NCBI GenBank assembly: GCA_013288455.1
Contig: JABDBU010000002.1
Location: 1-42,108, forward strand
Source: Gammaproteobacteria bacterium
GTDB lineage: Bacteria; Pseudomonadota; Gammaproteobacteria; Diplorickettsiales; Diplorickettsiaceae
Length of the DNA stretch: 42,108 bases
Direction of reading: 5' to 3'
Of the stretch, positions 34,768 through 42,108 are shown piece after piece (position 1 is the first letter of the stretch; every line of letters starts with the position of its first letter). Position numbers and translations under genes: made by a program. The notes below the pieces were generated by a model that saw only the letters and a list, made by a program, of their open reading frames with translations, ran no database searches and was not told where the DNA came from.

Positions 34768-36155
34768 AAACAACCACCACAAAACCATTAGGCGTTTTCA
34801 GTTTAGTCATGATGAACGTGATAGCAGTCGATAGCTTGCGATCATTACCCGTGGCAGCACAGTTTGGATACTCCTTGTTGTTTTTTTACTTATTAGCAGC
34901 AATCTTGTTTTTTATTCCAACAGCTTTAATTACAGCAGAGCTTGCTACGGCTTGGCCAAATACTGGTGGTGCCTATATCTGGATTCGAACAGCTTTTGGT
35001 GCACGTTGGGGTTGGTTTGCGATTTGGTTGCAATGGATCTATAACGTGGTTTGGTATCCCACGATACTGGTATTTGTCATCGCTGCTGCCGCCTATTTGT
35101 TTGATTTGCAATTAGTACATCACCAGAGATTTGTTTGGGGTTTAGTGTTATGTATTTGGTGGTTCATTACAGGATTGAGTTGTCTGGGGTTACGTGTTTC
35201 AAATTGGCTGAGTAGTGCGGGAGCACTGGTTGGGACGTTAATTCCCATGCTTGTTGTCATTATAGTGGCATTTTTTTGGCTAAAAAGTGCAAAACCGTTA
35301 GCAATTCACTTTTCGTCCCGTGCGCTTTTCCCTGATCTAACAGGTTTTAATCATTTATCATTTCTGACTACGGTTATTTTTGGATTAATGGGGTTAGAAA
35401 TGTCAGCTGTACATGCAGGGGATGTGTGTAACCCACAAAAAAATTATCCGCGTGCATTATTTTGGTCAGTTGGGTTAGTGTTGCTAACTCTGATATTAGG
35501 TTCCCTGGCCATCGCTTTTATAGTACCTGCACAACAATTGAGTATATTGACTGGTCTCACGGATACCTACGTTATATTTTTTCACAACTATCATCTGGAA
35601 TTTTTGGCTCCGATTATGGTTGCTTTAATTATTATTGGCAGCTTATGCAGTGTATCGACGTGGGCGATAGGGCCGACACGGGGATTGTTGATTGCAACAT
35701 TTGAAAACCAAATCAGCAGCTTACGTTGGTTATTGAGGATAAATCGTTTTGGGGCTCCTGTTGGCTTGTTACTCGTGCAAGGAGTATTAGTTTCCCTATT
35801 GTCCAGCCTATTTGTGTTGATTCCTACAGTTAATGAAGCTTATTGGTTGTTGAGTGTGATGACGGCGCAGCTGGCAGTATTATTTTACGTCCTTTTTTTT
35901 TTAGCTGCCTTATCTTTACGTTATAGAGAGGGTTACCAAGCCCGTATTTACCGAATTCCAGGTGGAAATATAGGTTTATGGCTGACGGTATGTTTAGGGC
36001 TATCTGCTTGCCTATTGACATTTATCATTGGTTTTTTCCCACCAGCTGGCATAGTTTCTCTAGGAAAAATTTGTAAATTTGATACAATACTTGTTATTGG
36101 TATTGCAATTTTTTGCTTACTACCCTATTTCGTGACCAGATCGCGGATACAATGA
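34764..36155 (+). CDS. APC-superfamily amino acid permease (glutamate:GABA-antiporter-like subfamily)
   Basis: About 12 TMS. The N-terminal blocks [35 protein letters not shown] are typical of APC transporters. ATG at 34764 overlaps the restored lspA stop (ATGA); the track's GTG at 34728 lies inside lspA. Confidence 0.85.
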   Translation: MKTTTTKPLGVFSLVMMNVIAVDSLRSLPVAAQFGYSLLFFYLLAAILFFIPTALITAELATAWPNTGGAYIWIRTAFGARWGWFAIWLQWIYNVVWYPTILVFVIAAAAYLFDLQLVHHQRFVWGLVLCIWWFITGLSCLGLRVSNWLSSAGALVGTLIPMLVVIIVAFFWLKSAKPLAIHFSSRALFPDLTGFNHLSFLTTVIFGLMGLEMSAVHAGDVCNPQKNYPRALFWSVGLVLLTLILGSLAIAFIVPAQQLSILTGLTDTYVIFFHNYHLEFLAPIMVALIIIGSLCSVSTWAIGPTRGLLIATFENQISSLRWLLRINRFGAPVGLLLVQGVLVSLLSSLFVLIPTVNEAYWLLSVMTAQLAVLFYVLFFLAALSLRYREGYQARIYRIPGGNIGLWLTVCLGLSACLLTFIIGFFPPAGIVSLGKICKFDTILVIGIAIFCLLPYFVTRSRIQ

Positions 36156-36174
36156 ACAATAACATAGTAGTAGG

Positions 36175-36585
36175 ATGATTATTAGCGTATTGGAAATTCA
36201 TGGCGTACCCATTGAGTGTATCAATCAAGCAGCGGTGACTTACCATGTTCCAGCAGCATTGATCTTGTCAATTTTGGTGATAGAAGGTGGGCTTGTAGGC
36301 TCGGCTTCGAGCAATAAAAATGGAACATTTGATTATGGCCCTATGCAAATTAATTCAGTTTGGATGCCAAAGATTCAAGCTTTTGGGTATACCAGACAGC
36401 AATTGCAATACGATCCTTGTGTCAATGTCACAGTAGGCACGTGGATTTTAAGTCAAAGTATTACCAATGCTCCTACGCTATGGCGTGGTGTGGGTGGGTA
36501 TCATTCTCAGACTCCGAGTTTAAATTATCGTTATCAAACGAAAGTTTCTGAAGTTTATCAACTGTTGTCTCACTATCTTGCTTAA
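36175..36585 (+). CDS. specialised lytic transglycosylase, IagB/IpgF/VirB1-like SLT domain
   Basis: ILVIEGG (catalytic Glu), NKNGTFDYGPMQINSVW, QYDPCVNVTVGTWIL and GVGGYHS parallel IagB (AIAQQES, NRDGSTDLGLMQINS, LQDPCISVIVGASIL, AVGAYNAG) as I recall it. Confidence 0.85.
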   Translation: MIISVLEIHGVPIECINQAAVTYHVPAALILSILVIEGGLVGSASSNKNGTFDYGPMQINSVWMPKIQAFGYTRQQLQYDPCVNVTVGTWILSQSITNAPTLWRGVGGYHSQTPSLNYRYQTKVSEVYQLLSHYLA

Positions 36586-36648
36586 TTAATTTCATTCATT
36601 ATTTGTGGGACCGCTACTTATGTGTCGAATTTTTCAATTCAATAGCTG

Positions 36649-38070
36649 TTACGAATTTCGCATATTGTGCACTGGTAAAACACACGATCCATCAAACCCA
36701 CCAGGCTCAGGCCCATCAGGCTCAGGCCCATCAAGCCAACAAATTTTCGTTGATCTAACCCGCTTGACTCCTTCTTGATTAAAAAAAGTCACTGCAGCAG
36801 CAGAGGACGGATGAGTACTCTTGTGCAAAACAGTGGATGGTTGTTCACGTGTACACGGTACAGTGTAATACTTTGCTTGCGAAAGGGATAATTCCTCTTC
36901 TTCTTCTATAATGGTCTCACACCCAGGTGCAACGCTGCACTTGTTGGTGGCTTGTACAAAAGGTTTCAGCTGCTGCCCCGGATTTTTAGAATAAACCTGC
37001 TGATCCAGCGCGATCTTAATATTATAGAGTAGAGACTTCAAAAAAACATAAAGCAATTCAAGCGCTGCTATGCGCAACTCTTGCCTCATGAATTGCAGTT
37101 CCATCTTTAGCTGCGGCGACTTTTGTTCCTGCAACCGCTGCAGTTGTGGCATTTTTTCCTGCTGTTGACCAATCAACTGATTCCATTTTTCTATAACAGT
37201 GTATATAGGGTTAATAAAACTACTTTGCCTCAGCTGCCCATTATCAACACTATGCATAATATCGATCTCGCTCATAGGGTTGCGATCTTGTAAAGAATTC
37301 CACTTAAGGGCTTTCACTTTAATAGCATTCCCTATACTAAGTAAAACCAACAGCTTTTCGATCGAGTCTTCACAACTATCTGCATTCCATGATCCCAACT
37401 CCCTCTGAAAAGGAAAAGGGGTGACAAAGCTTAGAATTCTGTTGAGAATCTCTTCTGTCATTTGGTCTGCTATGTACAAAGTCTTTATAAGACGACTATT
37501 GCTGGATGTATTCTCAGAATTCAGTATAGAATTAAATTTCTCGTTAGAAACGCTTGATCTAGCTGTTCCAAAAACATTAAGTACCTCAGTTAGTTTTTTA
37601 AGTACCTTGGAAAACGCACCATCCAATAGCGCGTTCTTAAATATCAATACTGTTCGCTGCAGGCCTGCATTCAATAATGGAAAAAATTCGCTACTAAATT
37701 CGCTACTATTAATCCTCATCTCTTGCATTGTTTTGTTTTGTAACAATACAGTTTGGGGTTCACCAAAACGACACTCCAATAGTAATACATAAATTCTCAG
37801 GTATTCCTCCATATTTTCTTTTAATACTGTGAGGATGTCGTGGAAAGAACTTGGATTGCGTTGTTCCTTGACAACTCCTGCTGTACTAATGTCAATTGCA
37901 GCTAGATCCAACGCTTGCTCAACTAACTGTATGTTAACAAATTCATCCCTATCCCTATTCAACAAATTTTCTTTCACTTGTTGGTTAATTTTCTTAACCC
38001 ATTGCTTAACCCATTCATTAGGTAATTCATAAACATATCCTAATATTGTATATTTCATAAATAATTCCAC
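36649..38070 (-). CDS. hypothetical protein (473 aa), no family recognised; Gln/Leu-rich predicted helical central part, EEEEE block, C-terminal DGPEP repeat; candidate secreted effector
   Basis: A long ORF with protein-like composition. The track start is GTG at 38070; ATG at 38058 (MKYTILG...) is an alternative. Confidence 0.7.
   Translation of the reverse strand: MELFMKYTILGYVYELPNEWVKQWVKKINQQVKENLLNRDRDEFVNIQLVEQALDLAAIDISTAGVVKEQRNPSSFHDILTVLKENMEEYLRIYVLLLECRFGEPQTVLLQNKTMQEMRINSSEFSSEFFPLLNAGLQRTVLIFKNALLDGAFSKVLKKLTEVLNVFGTARSSVSNEKFNSILNSENTSSNSRLIKTLYIADQMTEEILNRILSFVTPFPFQRELGSWNADSCEDSIEKLLVLLSIGNAIKVKALKWNSLQDRNPMSEIDIMHSVDNGQLRQSSFINPIYTVIEKWNQLIGQQQEKMPQLQRLQEQKSPQLKMELQFMRQELRIAALELLYVFLKSLLYNIKIALDQQVYSKNPGQQLKPFVQATNKCSVAPGCETIIEEEEELSLSQAKYYTVPCTREQPSTVLHKSTHPSSAAAVTFFNQEGVKRVRSTKICWLDGPEPDGPEPGGFDGSCVLPVHNMRNS
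36702..36731. repeat. perfect 15-bp tandem duplication (CAGGCTCAGGCCCAT x2) inside the 473-aa ORF, encoding the repeated peptide PEPDG PEPDG near the C-terminus
   Basis: Read directly: the units are 36702-36716 and 36717-36731. The unit length is a multiple of 3, so the frame is preserved. Confidence 0.85.
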
Positions 38071-38124
38071 AATTCCACTGTTTATTATTTCTCAAAACTC
38101 CTGACATACTTACACAAAACCCCT

Positions 38125-38703
38125 TTACCAAAATATAGACATAGCATGTGAGTGTAACATAGCAGCTATTGCATACCAACGATTAGAAAAAACATAGCCC
38201 AATGTCAGAAACAAGCTAGACCAGATCAGTCCTCCTGAATAAGCGTACAATGAAAACTGCCGATAATGGAGCTTTACAGCCCCGGCAACATACCCTGTTA
38301 AATGACGAATACCGGGGATAAAATAACCAATGAGTAGTGCCCATTTACCAATTCGTTCAAACCAATGACGCGCTATTACAAATCTTTTCTCAGTTAAACC
38401 TACGTAACAACTCCAGCGGCGATTAACACAGAAATTGGTAGCTAATCCTAATCCATAACTACCAGTGATACCACAACAAGTTCCTGCATACACAGCGAAA
38501 ATCGTGGGGAAAAGTGGTAATTTTCCATTTGCTATCCAAACTCCCAGAAATATTAATACTGATTCTTCGGGTATTGGTAATGCAATGAGCCCTAATCCCA
38601 GCCATAGAAAAACAACAATGCTTCCGTAGTGATGAAACCAAGGAAAAAATTGATTCATGGAAAATGGCAAGTGGATACCTACTCCTCTTCGCACGAGATG
38701 CAA
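38125..38703 (-). CDS. DedA-family inner membrane protein
   Basis: GLIALPIPEESVLIFLGV and YFIPGIRHLTGYVAG are DedA/SNARE-associated motifs. The start is uncertain (TTG at 38703 or ATG at 38658). Confidence 0.8.
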   Translation of the reverse strand: MHLVRRGVGIHLPFSMNQFFPWFHHYGSIVVFLWLGLGLIALPIPEESVLIFLGVWIANGKLPLFPTIFAVYAGTCCGITGSYGLGLATNFCVNRRWSCYVGLTEKRFVIARHWFERIGKWALLIGYFIPGIRHLTGYVAGAVKLHYRQFSLYAYSGGLIWSSLFLTLGYVFSNRWYAIAAMLHSHAMSIFW

Positions 38704-38858
38704 AAATTAAGATCAAGGGTAATTTTATACTATTATCATCTTTCTTATTGAATATCATATTATCACAGTACGGTACAAATTAACTGCGTTAGAGTTACTA
38801 TTAATATTACTGATTACCAAAATATTTCCACATCTTTCACTATTGTAGACAACTTGGT

Positions 38859-39668
38859 TTAACCAAAATCTAGTTGATTTATATCGACGATTACATCATC
38901 ACTATCATCATCATTATCATCATTATCGCTATTGTTTGCATCATTAAGTTGTGCATACCGATTGAGTGGGTACGGCAAAATAATGACTTGAGTACCTATC
39001 TCTATAAACTCCCGATTCAACCATTCTGCATCTTCTAGGAACAGCCTAATACAACCATGACTTGCGTTATAACCAGGAACACCGTTAGAACCATGCATGG
39101 CGAAACCACCCTTAAAGAACATGCAGTAAGGCATCGGAGCCCCTCCATAGGGTTTTGGAAATTTAGTAGAAGCGCAACCAGGTCCTCGTTTTTCATAGAT
39201 CCTAAAGTTACCACTCGGTGTGTGACAGGGTCGTCCCAAATCCGGGCACCAATTTTGACCACTGGATGCCGGTCCCCAGCGAATAATATTGCCGGTTGGT
39301 CCGTAAGCTGCCCAAGCATTTAGCGCGGGTGAATAAACGATCATTTTTGTACCGCTAAAGCCCCGGTAAGGGGGGAACGGGGTGTAATCCATGACATTGA
39401 TATTGTATAGGTCTCGTGGTACAGCGATACGAATGCCTGACCACAGTTGTGTATTCATGCGGTTGATGCGCATCACCGCGTCACGTTTTTCTGGGTCAGG
39501 AAATAAACTTTGCCACGTTTCCCCTCTACGTACAGTAATGCAGTAAAGACGTGGATCCTCGCATAATGTGTACAGCAACCATCCTCGTGCAGCAAAACTG
39601 TCACCATGCGTGACTAAAAAAATAGCCGGCAATGCAAGTATTGCTATAATTCGAATGAGCATACGCAT
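38859..39668 (-). CDS. L,D-transpeptidase (YkuD domain; EnhA-like in Legionellales nomenclature) with an acidic Asp/Asn-rich C-terminal tail
   Basis: YkuD active-site block FAMHGSNGVPGYNASHGCIRL, and a signal peptide MRMLIRIIAILALPAIFLV. ATG at 39668 is preceded by AAGGAG; the track start at 39692 is TTG. Confidence 0.85.
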   Translation of the reverse strand: MRMLIRIIAILALPAIFLVTHGDSFAARGWLLYTLCEDPRLYCITVRRGETWQSLFPDPEKRDAVMRINRMNTQLWSGIRIAVPRDLYNINVMDYTPFPPYRGFSGTKMIVYSPALNAWAAYGPTGNIIRWGPASSGQNWCPDLGRPCHTPSGNFRIYEKRGPGCASTKFPKPYGGAPMPYCMFFKGGFAMHGSNGVPGYNASHGCIRLFLEDAEWLNREFIEIGTQVIILPYPLNRYAQLNDANNSDNDDNDDDSDDVIVDINQLDFG

Positions 39669-39758
39669 AAATTGCTCCTTCCACCCAGTCAATGGATACC
39701 ATAAGGCGTTACTTTTACTGTAGAATATAGCCTATCATAGACCTAACAAGGCAAGACA

Positions 39759-41288
39759 ATGTTGAGTTTCCATGATAAAAATCGAAAATGGTGGACCTTA
39801 TTGGCCATGTCCAGTGCCCTAGCACTTGTTTTCATTGATCAAACGGCGCTTGCTGTTGCGCTTCCTGCCATACAGCGTGACCTTAACCTGAATAACAATC
39901 TTCTGCAGTGGGTTATCAACGGTTATTTGTTAACACTGAGCACTTTTATTCTGTTAGGTGGACGAGTGGGTGATGGCCTTGGACACAAGCGGGCCTTTTT
40001 GTTTGGTTCTATTGTTTTTATAGCTGCATCGCTAGGATCCGCTGCTGCGCAGTCAGGGAGTTGGCTGATAGTGGCTCGTATTATCCAAGGGGTTGGTGCT
40101 GCCTTTATGTTACCTTCAACCAATGCACTGGTTGTCCAGGCTTTTCCGAAAAAAGACCGCGGTAAAGCCGTTGGTCTTTATGTGGGGCTAGCTGCTACCT
40201 TTTTAGCCTTAGGCCCTTTTCTAGGAGGTATGTTGACAGCGTGGTTCAGTTGGCGCGCCGTTTTTTGGATTAATCTTCCGGTCGCTTTAACAAGTGTTGT
40301 GCTCGCGAGTACGGCTGTGCCAAAATGGGAAGCTACGGATAAAATGACCATCGATTATGCAGGCCTGTTACTTTCTATCGGCTTTATCAGTGGCTTTGTA
40401 CTTTGCTTTATGCAGGGATCTCTCTGGGGGTGGACCTCGCCTACGATCATTATTGTGTTTTTACTGAGTATGTTCGCTTTAATTGGCTTTATTTTGTTAG
40501 AGCATCGTATCCAGCATCCCTTGGTAGAAATGGCACTATTTAAAAATCCAGTTTTTTCCATTGCATTAACTGTGACGGTTATTGTTCAAGCAGTCGCTAT
40601 GGTATTCGTATTTTGGGCTATTTTTATACAAAATGTGCTGGCATACTCTCCTTTGCAGGCAGGCTTGCTACTTTTACCTGCAGTATTGCCTGTTATTTTC
40701 ATGGCCCCTATCGGAGGGTATTTACGCGATAGATATGGTCCCACTCCGCCGATGTTCACAGGGTGTTTATTGGTTACTTTGAGCCTCATTTGGATAGGCT
40801 TTTCTAGCCACTACCAGCGTTATGTATGGTTATTTCCGGGTTTACTGCTGTACGGAATAGGTATGTCGTTGTCAATTTCTGGAAATTTAGCAACAGTAAT
40901 GAGTACAGTAACCGATAAGCAATGCGGCATTGCCGGCGCCATCATGGGTTGCGCAAGACAGGTTGGAAATTCCATGGGCTTGGCTATACTCGTAGGTCTT
41001 TTAAGCAGTTTAAATAAGTGGCAACTCACCGTTTTTTTGAGTAAAAAAGCTTCGCCACCTCTCTCTTATATCCAGGAACACCAAATTGATGGCCTGCTAA
41101 TGAAGTCTACACTTGCAATGCATACTATTTCTCATTTATCGATTCAGTCGGTAGCATTACTTAAAATTGCTGCACTAAAAGCTTATATCTTTGCTTTTAG
41201 TATAACGATGTATGCAGCAGCATTACTCACTTTTCTCTGTTTATTACTTGTACTCAGGATGCCACGTGCAGTGAAATTCGTAGATTAA
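39759..41288 (+). CDS. MFS transporter, DHA2 (14-TMS EmrB/QacA-like) drug:H+ antiporter family
   Basis: 509 aa with about 14 hydrophobic segments. Motif A is GGRVGDGLGHKR and motif C-like is GPFLGGMLT. Confidence 0.88.
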   Translation: MLSFHDKNRKWWTLLAMSSALALVFIDQTALAVALPAIQRDLNLNNNLLQWVINGYLLTLSTFILLGGRVGDGLGHKRAFLFGSIVFIAASLGSAAAQSGSWLIVARIIQGVGAAFMLPSTNALVVQAFPKKDRGKAVGLYVGLAATFLALGPFLGGMLTAWFSWRAVFWINLPVALTSVVLASTAVPKWEATDKMTIDYAGLLLSIGFISGFVLCFMQGSLWGWTSPTIIIVFLLSMFALIGFILLEHRIQHPLVEMALFKNPVFSIALTVTVIVQAVAMVFVFWAIFIQNVLAYSPLQAGLLLLPAVLPVIFMAPIGGYLRDRYGPTPPMFTGCLLVTLSLIWIGFSSHYQRYVWLFPGLLLYGIGMSLSISGNLATVMSTVTDKQCGIAGAIMGCARQVGNSMGLAILVGLLSSLNKWQLTVFLSKKASPPLSYIQEHQIDGLLMKSTLAMHTISHLSIQSVALLKIAALKAYIFAFSITMYAAALLTFLCLLLVLRMPRAVKFVD

Positions 41289-41307
41289 AATGTGGGTTTC
41301 CGTTTAC

Positions 41308-42108
41308 TCAATGACGATACCAGTCAGTTCCTCTTGGATTGTCATTGATAAAAACTCCTAAATTCAGTAATACATCACGGATTTTGTCTGCTTCTACCCA
41401 GTTTTTAACAGCGCGTGCCTGATTACGCGCAGCAACCAATTCTTCTATCTTTTCTAGCTCACCCTCTTTGAGACCTACTTTCCAAAATTTGTTTGGATCG
41501 AGTTGTAAAATCCCTAATACACCCGCTTGTTGCTTCAAAAATTTTGCTAAAGAAAACGCTTTTTGTGGATCCACCACCCGAAAGCGGTTAATTTCACGTG
41601 CAACCTCAAATAATACTGCCAAGGCATTTGGTGTATTAAAATCATCATCCATTGCTACATTAAATTTTGTTTGATATTCATTTTGCATAGCAGAGAAGTT
41701 CACGTTTTCCAATTCCAAATCTTTGCCTTCAAGACCACGCAAACTGATGTAAAGACGTTGTATTGCTGCCTGTGCAGCTTGTAGATTTTCCTGCGAATAG
41801 TGAATAGGACTACGATAATGACTCGCTATCAGAAAATAACGCAGCACTTCGGCGGGATATTTTGCCAAAACATCCCGTAGAGTAAAAAAATTCCCTAAGG
41901 ACTTAGACATTTTTTGGTGATCAATTTGTACAAAACCGACATGGATCCAGGTATTTACAAATTTCTTACCCGTTACTCCTTCCGATTGCGCAATTTCATT
42001 TTGATGATGAGGAAAGACGAGATCGAGGCCACCTCCATGCATGTCAAAATGCTCGCCTAAAGCTGCCATAGACATGGCTGAACATTCAATATGCCAACCC
42101 GGTAAAAC
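41308..42108 (-). CDS. cysS: cysteinyl-tRNA synthetase, C-terminal ~266 codons (5' end outside the window)
   Basis: The frame is open to the window edge: VLPGWHIECSAMS..., HGGGLDLVFPHHQNEIAQSE, KMSKSLGNF. Confidence 0.95.
   Translation of the reverse strand, partial: VLPGWHIECSAMSMAALGEHFDMHGGGLDLVFPHHQNEIAQSEGVTGKKFVNTWIHVGFVQIDHQKMSKSLGNFFTLRDVLAKYPAEVLRYFLIASHYRSPIHYSQENLQAAQAAIQRLYISLRGLEGKDLELENVNFSAMQNEYQTKFNVAMDDDFNTPNALAVLFEVAREINRFRVVDPQKAFSLAKFLKQQAGVLGILQLDPNKFWKVGLKEGELEKIEELVAARNQARAVKNWVEADKIRDVLLNLGVFINDNPRGTDWYRH

Overview
This 42.1-kb window is an AT-rich chromosomal segment that I assign to a gammaproteobacterium of the order Legionellales. The assignment rests on a translationally coupled dotD-dotC-dotB (Dot/Icm type IVB secretion) module whose products closely resemble the Legionella/Coxiella proteins. 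Most of the window is housekeeping: ribH, fpr, rhlE-like DEAD-box helicase, pdxS/pdxT, hemF/hemJ, rubredoxin, ftsY, rsmD, epmA, pncA, diaA-yraN-lpoA, smrB, uvrD, ileS-lspA, cysS, several transporters, a type IV pilin, a DedA protein and an L,D-transpeptidase. Lineage-specific material is interspersed: three large ORFs with no recognisable family (4301-5824, 16321-17862, 36649-38070), a lone tyrosine recombinase, and a decaying islet at about 14.7-20.5 kb. The islet holds a gene broken into four frame-alternating fragments, a frameshifted ISAs1-type transposase remnant, short tandem repeats, a VanX-like dipeptidase and an orphan SCPU/Csu-type pilin. The items most worth a second look are these. 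(1) lspA is interrupted at a run of nine G. (2) A CADD/CT610-type self-sacrificing pABA synthase lies behind an MFS transporter and next to a ThiXYZ-like ABC importer. (3) A dispersed ~38-bp intergenic repeat family occurs as solo arms and as inverted pairs at gene 3' ends. (4) An 18-bp direct repeat sits just upstream of dotD, and epmA starts 1 nt after the dotB stop. (5) An IagB/VirB1-type lytic transglycosylase has no signal peptide. I found no rRNA, tRNA or CRISPR array. All functional calls come from my reading of the translated ORFs and remembered family motifs; no database search was run.
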